A stretch of DNA of 64,000 bases from Paraspadella gotoi (lineage: Eukaryota > Animalia > Chaetognatha). The notes beneath the pieces are model-generated. The model saw nothing but the letters and a program-made list of their open reading frames with translations. It did not search any database and was not told the DNA's origin. This document shows positions 51,862-64,000 of the stretch, piece after piece. A program made the translations under genes and the position numbers. The stretch is from the NCBI GenBank assembly GCA_051294375.1, contig CM119265.1:6147489-6211488 (forward strand), given 5' to 3'. How positions within the stretch are numbered: the stretch's first letter is position 1; each line of letters begins with the position of its first letter.

Positions 51862-52304
51862 TGTTATGCCGGAGGGATATTAAGATCCTTATTTCCTATC
51901 GTCAAACTTTTTTACTGAAAAAATGGATTTGGTTTTTGAGAAGAGGATAATTTTTAGGGTGGTGCGAATTTCAAAAATATCAAATATACTAAATATATAA
52001 TAGGTAGAGGTTAAAAAAAAAAAAATCTATTCAGTTGCAAGGACTAGAACAGTAGAATTTGTCTTCGAGATCAGTTAAAATCAGCTCATTTGTTTAAAAT
52101 TTTATTTTAGAATCTGTGCAAAAAACAGCACAGCACTCTTCAGTCAACTTGTGAAAGTCGTGAAAAAAATTGATAGAATTGTGGGGTCATAACTTAATTG
52201 GACTTTGGCAAAGGTTAAATCTGGGCGGAAAGGAGAGAAGGAGAGAAAATAGGGAGAGGAGAAAAGATAGAGAAGAGAAAAGATCTCGAGAAGAGAGAAG
52301 AGAA

Positions 52305-52392
52305 CGAAGGAGAGAAGAGAAGAGAAGAGAAGAGAAGAGAAGAGAAGAGAAGAGAAGAGAAGAGAAGAGAAGGGAAGAGAAGAGAAGAGAAG
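52305..52392 (+). repeat. (GAGAA)n microsatellite (copy at about 58240-58325)
   Basis: Directly visible. Confidence 0.95.
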
Positions 52393-52979
52393 GGAAGAGG
52401 GAAAGGAGAAAAGTAAAGAGGAGATGGACTTTGGTCATGCGGGGCTCGAGGAGGTCATCCCCGCCTTTTTAAGCAATAATCTCTTTCGGTGGTTCTGTGG
52501 ATGTATCTGTGGATAAAAACTCGTTTTTACCTTAGAGAACCCGAGTTCGAGACCGTCTCCATCTACACTGTAAGTTTTAACGTAAGCTGTTCATATCAGA
52601 ATCACAAAAGAGGCGAAAAATAATCATTCTATTTTCCCAATAAAAAACAAAACAAAATAAAAGCCAATGAAAAGAGCCAATCATTGTTTTCTATTCGGTC
52701 ATGGTTATATATTATGAGAAGCTAAATGTTGACCGAATTCGGTGTCAAAACCTCATCTCCAAATATTGCGTCTCCACCGAAGGCCAAACACGGAATCTAA
52801 TAAAAAAAAATTGGGGACGAAAAAAAAAAGAAAAACGGAAAAACGAGGCGCAGACGTCGGAGCCAAGATTGGCTACGCCGGTGCCAGGAGTGGCGCTGGA
52901 AATCTAGACCGTGGCGCCGCAAACGCCTGCAGTGGCGCCGCAAGTGCCTTCCGTGGCGCCGCCAACGTACCGGCAGTGA

Positions 52980-53037
52980 TCGTCGTCATCGTTGTCGTCT
53001 TCTTCGCTGTCGTCGCCGTCATCATCGTCATCGGCGC

Positions 53038-53070
<33 letters not shown>

Positions 53071-53137
53071 TATCGTCGTCGTCGTTGACGTCGTCGTCGT
53101 CGTCGTCGCCGCCGTCGTCGCCGTCGTCGTCGTCGTC
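52980..53137 (+). repeat. Imperfect (GTC)n trinucleotide tract (copy at about 58900-59055)
   Basis: Directly visible; it produces the poly-V/S/R ORFs. Confidence 0.93.
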
Positions 53138-53597
53138 TTTTAGTTTGTCTTTCGTCTTTATTAATATTTTCCCTCGACGTCTTTTGTTTACTTCTCTCTC
53201 GCCGATCGTTTCGTTAGTTTACATAATATCTCCGCATATTATATATATCCGTAGCTTTCCCCCCCCCATTTCCTTGCCGAAAAAATTGGTCTCTTTATAT
53301 CTCATTACTTCCTCGGCTTCTCTGTTGATTTTTAATTTCTAAATTAGGATAAACAATTAGGATTTAAAATCAAAATACTCAATAAGGATAAACATAATTT
53401 AATAGATACGTACATTTAAAAAAAAGATTAAAAACATTGGTTTCAAATTTTTTTTTTATTCCTTGAAACTGAAAACCATTACTTTATCGCTAAAGACACA
53501 GAAAAGATCTTGAAAAAATAAAATCAAAATCCACTTTACTTTTATACTTGGAAACAGAGTGGGAGAGAGGGGATTGATTGAGGGAAGGAGATTAGAG

Positions 53598-53671
<74 letters not shown>

Positions 53672-53900
53672 AGATAAAAAAGTGAGACAGAGTTTAAAAA
53701 TAAACAATTAAAACTGGCTTAAAGCCAACTAATCATAAAAGTGCTACATATCTATAAACGGGAAAAAATCAGAGACTTATGTACAGAATCATGAAAAGTA
53801 ATTCATTGTACCTTGTCGAGACGAAACCTGCATTTGCTCTTCACCTTGAAAAAGAAACCGTTGGAAACGTCTCGCTCTCACTCCGAGACTCGAAGGCAGA

Positions 53901-54360
53901 TTACGAATTCAAAGTAAAACTCGAGTCTGAATGAGGACGTAGAAGAGGGGAGTCGATTGAGGAAACGATGGTGGTGGTTTTGGTTGAGTGGTACGTGGGT
54001 GGTTGACTCAAAGGGGGGGTAGGGGTAGGCGTAGTTACTGGTAAGGTCGCCCCGGAATCGTAAGGGGGGAGTGGAAGGTGAGTCTTTGCAGATTCCGACT
54101 CGGAGTTTGTCGGTGAAACTGGAAATTTTTTTTTTTCTGCATCCGAAGAGTGGTTTCGCGTCCCTGGAGATTTTTCCGCCGGCGCGGCGTTCTGGGGTGG
54201 CGAGAGTTGGTGAGCAGAGTTGGTGGATGAAAGCATGGTCTGTCGTGATGGGGTGGAGTAGTCTCTAGTCTCCGGGGACTCGGGACTTATTCCGTTCTCA
54301 CGGTTACCTTTCACTCGACAAAGCAAAAGCGTCGAGCAATTCTCGTGACGCCTCGTGCGT
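53901..54360 (-). CDS. Candidate S/P/T-rich terminal exon
   Basis: About 150 open codons (...SPESPETRDYSTPS...LPLPPYDSGATLPVTTPTPTPPLSQPPTY...LNS*). The copy at 60035-60490 is frameshifted, and there is no good acceptor or homology. Confidence 0.22.
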
Positions 54361-54500
54361 GNNNNNNNNNNNNNNNNNNNNNNNNNNNNNNNNNNNNNNN
54401 NNNNNNNNNNNNNNNNNNNNNNNNNNNNNNNNNNNNNNNNNNNNNNNNNNNNNNNNNNNNNNNNNNNNNNNNNNNNNNNNNNNNNNNNNNNNNNNNNNNN

Positions 54501-54537
<37 letters not shown>

Positions 54538-54820
54538 GTAGAAATAAAACGAGCGCAGGAATGCAATGACAGCCTCGGAGAACTTGTTGCATAAAAGAAG
54601 GATTCTGCCTGCATTGCGAGTCGCCTCGCTTTGTCTATTGATCGAACCGTCACGTCACCGGTGAGTCACATGACTAAATTTTTACTTTCACAAGACCTGA
54701 GATGCTGAATGAAAAATGAGTCTTATTGCGGTGAAACGACATTGATTTAGCCCTTATAATATCGTCAGGTGAATTTGCCCCGAGCCCAAATACAAAAAAT
54801 AAGAGAAAGTTTTAGAGGGG

Positions 54821-54880
<60 letters not shown>

Positions 54881-55230
54881 AAGAGAAAGAGAAAGAGAAA
54901 GAGAAAGAGAAAAAGAAAGAGAAAGAGAAAAGGGGGTAGAGAAATATAAATAGATAGATGTTATAACAGTATGAAAACTTTAAGAAAAATGATATTAGAT
55001 ATCGGGCCACTTAGAAGTGCACTGAAAGTCCAAGGGCTTACACTACTTACAGCAATCAACGCCTAAAGAAGCGCCCACGACGCCGCGCTAATATTTGCGT
55101 CGGGAGATGTCTCGCTTCGCCAAGAACCAGTCAGCGCCATCTTCAGTCATCCGCCCTTCCTCTTCAACGAAGCCAGCGTCTGAAACAAAAGGCTAAAAAA
55201 AAAAACCCCGACGTCGAGCTTCATCTTCTC

Positions 55231-55266
<36 letters not shown>

Positions 55267-55682
55267 CTTCTCTCTCTCTCTTCCTCTTCTCTCTCTCTCT
55301 CTCTCTCTCTTTCTCTTTCTCTCTCTCTCTCCTTGAAGAAAAAAAAAAATCTGTCAAAGGAAATTTAATTAAAAACACTTTTTTTTATTCTCTCTCTCTC
55401 TTTTCTTCGCAGAATTCCTTTGAAGGAATTAATGAATTTCAGTACATTTTTTCCTTATTTTTTTTAATTTTACGAATACAAGGTGGGTGATTAAAAAAAA
55501 ATAAAGAGGGGGGATGTGAAATAATTTGTTCACGTCTCGTCACGCTCGCATTGATCGATATTTCATCCCTCGGAATCATCAGAGGAGACGTAACGTTGTG
55601 GGAGGGAAAGCGGAGCTGGGAGGCGAGGGGAGGCGGGGTGGGCGGAGAATGACGATGTCGCCGACGTCCGCTGAAATGACGA

Positions 55683-55856
55683 GTGACGTCACGCTCGGGA
55701 CGCCGTTGGCAGAGAGGCGATGACCGAGAGATGGGTTGTAAGGAATCTCAATGTATAAATGCCTCTTCAGGAGAACATGGCGGCGAAAAGAGAGACAGAG
55801 ATGGAGAGAGAGCGAGACGAGACAAACTCACAAACGGTTAAACCTAAAAGGTAAAG
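55683..55856 (+). promoter_or_regulatory. Promoter-like cluster: CRE palindrome, TATAAA, YY1/Kozak-like AACATGGCGGC, possible donor
   Basis: GTGACGTCAC at 55683-55692, TATAAA at 55754-55759, AACATGGCGGC at 55774-55784, AAG|gtaaag at 55850. Confidence 0.2.
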
Positions 55857-56000
55857 GGGTAAAAGATAGAGTGAGAGAGACTTACCTATGTAAACTTGGC
55901 GAGAGGAGGTTTGTTTTTATTATTTAAATAAAATGAGGTCATTCTCTGGTTTGTTTTCATTTCTTTCCTGGAGTGATGAACATACGTAAATAATTATGTA

Positions 56001-56002
<2 letters not shown>

Positions 56003-56078
<76 letters not shown>

Positions 56079-56096
56079 CATTATTATTATTATTAA
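56003..56096 (+). repeat. (ATT)n microsatellite
   Basis: Directly visible. Confidence 0.97.
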
Positions 56097-56409
56097 TATT
56101 AAATTTAATTTTTATATGATCCTTCTCGAAGATTTTTTGCTTTTGCTTTTTGCTGCAGTCGACAGTGCGTAACTTTAGAGCGCTAATTACGTCGTGACAA
56201 CGATAACGGATTAAAATTTATTTGTATTTTACAGTACAAAAAGACACAAATAATTAGAAATATTCTTTTCATTGAGAAAGTTTTTTTTTAATTACTCAAT
56301 ACTTGCGGCGTAAACTTTATAAACTAAGATTTAAAATAAAGTATTAAGAGAAAGCGATTTAATTAAGGCACTATTTTCCAAAAACGCATAATTTCCGTTA
56401 TAAATTTAA

Positions 56410-56535
56410 TTTTAACCCAAATATTTAACCTAATCCCTAACCTTAATTCCTAATCTCTAACCCAAATCTTAAACCTTATCCCCAAACCTGGAAACCCTAA
56501 CCCTAAAACCCTAAATCTCAAACCTAAACTTTAAA
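56410..56535 (+). repeat. Degenerate (TAACCC/TAAACC)-like hexamer tract (copy at 62330-62450; similar at 24570-24675 and 2455-2530 on minus)
   Basis: Imperfect CCTAA-type hexamers, interstitial. Confidence 0.6.
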
Positions 56536-57728
56536 TTCAAAAACTTATTTAATTCTGAATTTAAGCAGAAATCGGGCGCTTTTGGGAAAAAACGGCCAAT
56601 CAAAAGCGTATGTTGGGAGGAGTGGTACTGGAATAAAAAGGCGGCACAGGTCTCTAAAGGGGAAAGAGGTCGTCGACGGTCACCCGTAGAGACGCCATTT
56701 CGACGGAATTGCGTGTTTGATGTCGCCTCGCCCTCCATTGGCTGGCGGACGGCGTTTTTTTTTCTCCCCCGAGTGGCGAAAGGCGGGTAGCGAGTGGCAA
56801 CCAGGTTCTTTTTTTTTTAAAGTTTTTGTTTATTTTAATTCCGTGTATATATGTATATATGTATATGTATATGTATATATGTATAGACGAATCATGTGTT
56901 GATAAACAAGAAACGAAATTCGGTTCCGGGTTAATGTGACGCGGAAGGGATAATTCATCATCCAAGAACCAAAAAAGAGCATCTGGTACTACTCGATGAG
57001 ATCCGCCGCCGCCGCAGCCGCAGCCGCGCCGCCTGGAGCAGAATCGACGCCGGTCGAGAGACTCGGAGAATCAATTTGCCATCCGGTCGCGCGCTGCACC
57101 TCCTGCCTTTTTTTTCAACGACAAACAGCGACAACACAACAATACAACACCAACAATGACGACGGCAACGAAAACAAACGACCACGGCATTAACAAAAAG
57201 GAAAACAACAACAGCGACCAACGACATCAGCGAGAACCAACCGACATCAACGTCAATGAAAAACAACGACAACATTGACACACGCAACAGCAGGGCAACA
57301 AAAACGATATTAACGAAACACCAACTCCAAACACCCGCATTTACGACGACGAGAGGGTCGACGATAACAACAACGACGACATCGGACGATTCGATCGAAA
57401 TTGAAAAAAGGTTTCCCTCGTCCAATGAGATCAGCGATGATGAGGATGTTCCCGACAACGTCAGCCTTCAGCCGTTAAAACCAAAGCTGAATATGACTGG
57501 GGCGACACGCCATTCGAACGACGACGACGATGGCAACACGACCGCCCTCGCGCGGGAAAATTCGAAACAAAAAAAAAACCGTCAAAAACAAAAGCAACAA
57601 AGGAAGCGAAAAAAAAAAAAAATTTGAAAGAGAAGTCAAAACAAAAGCGCGAGACTATAACTAGGGGAGAGAGAGAAGAGGAGAGAGAGAGAGAAAGAGA
57701 AAAAAAGAGAGAGAGAGAGAGAGAGAGA

Positions 57729-57787
<59 letters not shown>

Positions 57788-59189
57788 TGTTATGCCGGAG
57801 GGATATTAAGATCCTTATTTCCTATCGTCAAACTTTTTTACTGAGAAATGGATTTGGTTTTTGAGAAGAGGATAATTTTTAGGGTGGTGCGAATTTCAAA
57901 AATATCAAATATACTAAATATATAATAAGGTAGAGGTTAAAAAAAAAAAAAAATCTATTCAGTTGCAAGACTAGAACAGTAGAATTTGTCTTCGAGATCA
58001 GTTAAAATCAGCTCATTTGTTTAAAATTTTATTTAGAATCTGTGCAAAAACAGCACAGGCCACCTCTTCAGTCAACTTGTGAAAGTCGTGAAAAAATGTG
58101 ATAGAATTGTGGGGTTCATAACTTAATTGGACTTTGGCAAAGGTTAAATCTGGCGGAAGGGAGAGAAGGAGAGAAAAATAGGGAGAGGAGAAAAGATAAG
58201 AGAAGAGAAAAGATCTCGAGAAGAGAGAGAGAACGAAGGAGAGAAGAGAGAGAAGAGAGAGAAGAGAAGAGAAGAGAAGAGAAGAGAAGAGAAGAGAAGA
58301 GAAGAGAAGAGAAGAGAAGAGAAGGGAAGAGGGAAAGGAGAAAAGTAAAGAGGAGATGGACTTTGGTCATGCGGGGCTAGAGAGGTCATCCGCCTTTTTA
58401 AGCAATAATCTCTTTCGAGTGGTTCTGTGGATGTATCGTGGAAAAAACTCGTTTTTACCTTAGAGAACCCGAGTTCGAGACCGTCTCCATCTACACTGTA
58501 AGTTTTAACGTAGCTGTTCATATCAGAATCACAAAAGAGGCGAAAAATAATCATTCTATTTTCCCAATAAAAAACAAAACAAAATAAAAAGCAATGAAAA
58601 GAGCCAATCATTGTTTTCTATTCGGTTATGGTTATATATTATGAGAAGATAAATGTTGACCGAATTCGGTGTCAAAACCTCATCTCCAAAATATTGCGTC
58701 TCCACCGAGGCCAAAACACGGAATCTAATAAAAAAAAATTGGGCGAAAAAAAAAAAAAAGAAAAGAAAAAACGAGCGCAGACGTCGAGCCAAGATTGGCT
58801 ACGCCGGTGCCAGGAGTGGCGCTGGAAATCTAGACCGTGCGCCGCAAACGCCTGCAGTGGCGCCGCAAGTGCCTTCCGTGCCCGCAACGACCGGCAGTGA
58901 TCGTCGTCACGTTGTCGTCTTCTTCGCTGTCGTCGCCGTCATCATCGTCATCGGCGCCGTCGTCGTCGCGTCGTCGTCGTCGTCGCCGTTATCGTCGTCG
59001 TCGTTGACGTCGTCGTGTCGTCGTCGCCGCGTCGTCGCCGTCGTCGTCGTCGTCTTTTAGTTTGTCTTTTCGTCTTATTAATATTTTCCCTCGACGTCTT
59101 TTGTTTACTTCTTCTCGCCGATCGTTTCGTTAGTTTACATAATATCTCCGCATATTGTATATATTCCGTAGCTTTCCCCCCCCCCCCCC

Positions 59190-59404
59190 ACAGAGGCTCG
59201 AATTATAAGCACCACCCTGCAAAATTCCCTAACTCCTCATTCGCCCTGCCCAATCAGTATACACAAGAGGCTCGAATTATAAGCACACCCTGCAAAATTC
59301 CCTAACTCCTCATTCGCCCTGCCAATCAAGTATACACAGAGGCTCGAATTATAAGCACCACCCTGCAAAATTCCCTAACTCTTCATTCGCCTGCCAATCA
59401 AGTA
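59190..59404 (+). repeat. ~73-bp tandem repeat x3, absent from the other duplicate copy
   Basis: AGAGGCTCGAATTATAAGCACCACCCTGCAAAATTCCCTAACTCCTCATTCGCCCTGCCAATCAAGTATACAC starts at about 59192, 59266 and 59338. The homologous site at 53258-53275 reads C-run then ATTTCC. Confidence 0.92.
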
Positions 59405-59731
59405 TTTCCTCCCGAAAAAATTGTTCTCTTTATATCTCATTACTTCCTCGGCTTCTCTGTTTATTTTTAATTTCTAAATTAGGAATAAACAATTAGGATT
59501 TAAAATCAAAATACTCAATAAGGATAAACATAATTTAATAGATACGTACATTTAAAAAAAAGATTAAAAACATTGGTTTCAAATTTTTTTTTTTATTCCT
59601 TGAAACTGAAACCATTACTTATCGCTAAGACACAGAAAAGATCTTGAAGAAATAAAATCAAAATCCACTTTACTTTTATACTTGGAAACAGAGTGGGAGA
59701 GAGGGGATTGATTGAGGGAAGGAGATTAGAG

Positions 59732-59805
<74 letters not shown>

Positions 59806-60519
59806 AGATAAAAAAGTGAGACAGAGTTTAAAAATAAACAATTAAAACTGGCTTAAAGCCAACTAATCATAAAAGTGCTACAAATCTATAACGGGAAAAA
59901 ATCAGAGACTTATGTACAGAATCATGAAAAGTAATTCATTGTACCTTGTCGAGACAACCTGCATTTGGCCTTCACCTTGAAAAAGAAACCGTTGGAAACG
60001 TCTCGCTCTCACTCCGAGACTCGAAGGCAGATTACGAATTCAAGTAAAACGCGAGTCTGAAATGAGGACGTAGAAGAGGGGAGTCGATTGAGGAAACGAT
60101 GTGGTGGTTTTGGTTGAGTGGTACGTGGGTGGTTGACTCAAAGGGGGGGTAGGGGTAGGCGAGTTACTGTAAAGGTCCGCCCGGAATCGTAAGGGGGGAG
60201 TGGAAGTGAGTCTTTTGCAGATTCCGACTCGAGATTTGTCGTGAAACTGGAAATTTTTTTTTTTTCTGCATCCGAAGAGTGGTTCGCTTCCCTGGAGATT
60301 TTTCCGCCGGCGCCGGCGTTTCTGGGGTGGCGAGAGTTGGTGAGCAGAGTTGGTGGATGAAAGCATGGTTCTGTCGTGATGGGGTGGATTAGTCTCTAGT
60401 CCCGGGGACTCGGGACTTATTCCGTTCTCACGGTTCCTTTCACTCGACAAAGCAAAAGCGTCGAGCAATTCCGTGACGGCTCGTGCGTGGAGTGTGTGAA
60501 GAGAGAGAGAGAGAGAGAG

Positions 60520-60592
<73 letters not shown>

Positions 60593-61296
60593 GTAGAAAT
60601 AAACGAGCACAGGAATGCAATTGACAGCCTCGGAGAACTTGTTGCCATAAAAGAAGGATTCTGCCTGCATTTGCGAGTCGCCTCCTTTGTGTCTTTGATC
60701 GAACCGTCACGTCACCGGTAGAGTCACATGACTAAATTTTTACTTTTCACGAAGCACCTGAGATGCTGAATGAAAATGAGTCTTTTGCGGTGAAACGACC
60801 ATTGATTTAGCCCTTATAATTATTCGTCAGGGTGAATTTGCCCCGAGCCCAAATACAAAAAATTAGAGGGAAAGTTTTTATTTTAGAGGGGGAGAGAGAG
60901 AGAGGGAGAGAGAGAGAAAGGAAGAAAGAGAGAAAGAGAAAAGAGAAGAGAAAGAGAAAAGAGAAAGAGAATAAAAGAGAAAGAGAAAAGGGGGTAGAGA
61001 AATATAAATAGATAGATGTATAACAGTATGAAAACTTTAAGGAAAAAATGATATTAGATATCGGCCACTTAGAAGTGCACTGAAAGTCAAGGGCTTACAC
61101 TCTACAGCAAATCACGCCTAAATGAAGCGCCCACGACGCCGCGCTAATCTCCCTGTTAGCCGTGGGGAGATTTGTCTCGCTCGCAAGAACCATCAGCGCC
61201 ATTCTCAGTCATCCGGCCCCTTCCTTTCAACGATAGCCAGCTCCGTCTGAAACAAAAGCGCCTAAAAAAAAAAACCCCGACGTCGAGCTTCATCTT

Positions 61297-61329
<33 letters not shown>

Positions 61330-61334
61330 GTCAT

Positions 61335-61384
<50 letters not shown>

Positions 61385-63098
61385 TCTCTCTCTCTCCTTG
61401 AGAAAAAAAAATCTGTCAAAGGAAATGTTAATTAAAAACACTTTTTTTTATTCTCTCTCTCTCTTTTCTTCGCCAGAATTCTTGAAGGAATTAATGAATT
61501 TCAGTACATTTTTCCTTATTTTTTTTAATTTTACGAATACAAGGTGGGGGTGATTAAAAAAAAAAATAAGAGGGGTGATGTAAATAATTTGTTCACGTCT
61601 CGTCACGCTCGCATGATCGATATTTCATCCCTCGGAATCATCAGAGGAGACCGTAACGTTGTGGGAGGGAAAGGCGGAGCTGGGAGGCGGGGAGGCGGGG
61701 TGGGCGGAGAATGACGATGTCGGCGACGTCCGCTGAAATGACGAGTTGACGTCCACGCTTCGGGACGCCGTTGGCAGAGATGGCGATGACCTGAGAGTGG
61801 GTTGTAAGGCATCTCAATGGGTATAAATGCCTCTTCAGGAGAACATGGCGGCGAAAAAGAGAGGACAGAGATATGGAGACGAGAGAGACAATCCGAGACG
61901 TGTTAACTCTTAAAGGTAAAGGTGGTCAACTTAATGAAAAGGCTTAGTAAACTGCGACGAAGGAGGTGTTTAAATAATGAGGTCACTTTGTTTGTTTCAT
62001 TTCCTGACGGTGTAAACGATTGTGTTTTTATTTTTTATATTATTTTTTTATATATATTTTATATTTATATTATTCATTAAATTATTAAATTGTTTAGATT
62101 CTCGAGATTTGCGTTTGTGCGTCACATGTCTTGACATTAATTACTACACGATAATTTAAAAATAGATTACAGTAAAAGCGAAAAATTATATTTATATGAG
62201 AAATTTTTACTCAATACTTGCGGCGTAAAATTTATAAACTAAGATTTAAAATATAGTATTAAGAGAAAGCGATTTAATTAAGGCAACTATTTTCCAAAAA
62301 CCATAATTTCCGTTATAGAATTTAATTTTAACCAAATATTTAACCTAATCCTAACCTTAATTCCTAATCTCTAACCCAAATCTTAAAACCTTATCCCCAA
62401 ACCTGGAAACCCTAACCCTAAAACCCTAAATCTCAAACCTAAACTTTAAATTCAAAAACTTATTTAATTCTGAATTTTAAGCAGAAATCGGGCGCTTTTG
62501 GGAAAAAAACGGCCAATCGAAAAGCGTATGTTGGGAGGAGTGGTACTGGAATAAAAAAGGCGGCACACGTCTCTAAAGGGGAAAGAGGTCGTCGACGGTC
62601 ACCCGTAGAGACGCCATTTCGACGGAATTGCGTGTTTGATGTCGCCTCGCCCTCCATTGGCTGGCGGACGGCGTTTTTTTTCTCCCCGAGTGGCGCAAAG
62701 GCGGGTAGCGAGTGGCAACCAGGTTCTTTTTTTTAAAGTTTTTGTTTATTTTAATTTCCGTGTATATATGTTGTATATATGTATAGTAGACGAATCATGT
62801 GTTGCATACAACAAGAAACGAAATTCGGTTCCGGAGTTAATGTGACGCGGATAGGATAATTCATCATCCAAGAACCGAAAAAAGAGCATCTGGTACTACT
62901 CGATTGAGATCCGCCGCCGCCGCAGCCGCAGCCGCGCCGCCTGGAGCAGAATCGACGCCGGGTCGAGAGACTCGGAGAATCAATTTGCCATCCGGTCGCG
63001 CGCTGCACCTCCTGCCTTTTTTTTTTGTAGCCCAGCAGGGACACGTGGGGAGGGGAGGATGGCCAAGCGTGGGTTGGGGGAATTTTAAATAGCGGGGT

Positions 63099-63154
<56 letters not shown>

Positions 63155-64000
63155 AAAAAACCTCGCTCTCATGCGTCAACAGGCACACACGTGNNNNNNN
63201 NNNNNNNNNNNNNNNNNNTTGTAGCCCACAGGGACACCGTGGCCGTGAGGGCGAAGGATGGCCAAGCGTGGGTTGCGGGGAAATTTTAAATAGCGGCCGG
63301 GAGGCCAAAGAGGATGGGAGGAGTGAAAGAGAGAGAAGAGAGGAGACGGTTCTGAGGACAGAAGGAGACGTCATCGATGGAGAAGAGACAGGTCTGAGCT
63401 CGTCGTGGAGCAGAGGAAAGAAGAAGGCTTCACATGATCCAAGAGGACACAAAAAGTCAAACGGAGACATGTCGAGAAGAGGATGAGGCGAGGAGCAGAG
63501 ACGATGAGAGACGAGTAGGTAAGAGACGATCGAGAGAGATGATGAGACGAGATGAGAGAAGAGAGAGACACGAGATGTAAGTATGTGAGAGGGAGAGCAA
63601 ATAAATATATAGAGAGAGACCGAGCACGCAGAGCAGAAGGCAGACGCAGAGACCGACCGAGAGAAATATGATCGAGAGAGATAATGAGACAGCAGAGCAT
63701 GATTATAAATGGAGAGGAGAGAGAGAGCAGAGATATTAGTAGAGAGGATAATAATTGGACGAGAGAGACGCACGAGGGGGTAGGGGGTAATTACGACGAG
63801 AGATTACTCTCGGGAGATGGTACAAGTCTTTGCGCGAGAGGGCTCTCAGAGGACCGGAGGTCGTCACGTGTGAAGCACTCGATAATGCGCTCTCTTTTCC
63901 GGGAGCACGCACACATAGCAAGCGGCAGCAGAAACCTGGTACTTACAAAGACACGGAGACCAGGGACCGAGCCGTCAGACAAAAGGACGCCGAACAGGCG

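Larger units (their letters stand above)
51190..63020 (+). repeat. Head-to-tail duplication of about 5.9 kb (51190-57115 and 57116-63020)
   Basis: Collinear throughout. The junction CCTGCCTTTTTTTT|CAACGAC restarts at the 51191 sequence. The copies differ by small indels and a ~215-bp insert. Confidence 0.93.

Noticed and set aside
56410-56535. Telomere or telomere-addition site
   Set aside because: Highly degenerate, short, interstitial hexamers found at several loci; more like repeat-internal tracts.

Overview
This is eukaryotic, probably invertebrate-metazoan, AT-rich DNA packed with microsatellites ((GA)n, (GTC)n, (GGAC)n, (TTTC)n, (ATT)n). I recognise no protein-coding gene, tRNA/rRNA gene or CRISPR array; nearly all ORFs in the track are translations of microsatellites or N-gaps. 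Much of the window is the same DNA shown two or three times: fold-back inversions at about 17.6-23.7 kb, 29.1-31.0 kb and 40.5-48.6 kb, direct duplicates at 27.9/32.1 kb and 51.2/57.1 kb, and a noisy copy at 12.0-16.4 kb. One copy is usually indel-ridden and sits beside a gap of exactly 25 N, which points to long-read gap-filling or haplotype artefacts. The biologically supportable content is mobile and repetitive DNA: (1) a dispersed family with a shared 3' end and variable 5' truncation that looks like the end of a Penelope-like retroelement (decayed GIY-YIG C-terminus, hammerhead-like remnants, a partial-tandem copy, and one filled/empty site pair); (2) a Helentron/HINE(pearl)-like element with core repeats and (GGAC)n; (3) a tRNA-headed SINE with a structured body; (4) several minisatellites with higher-order structure; (5) a few weak candidate exons and promoter-like motif clusters. 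I cannot support a clearly novel biological system here. Coordinates of large duplications are approximate (read by eye).
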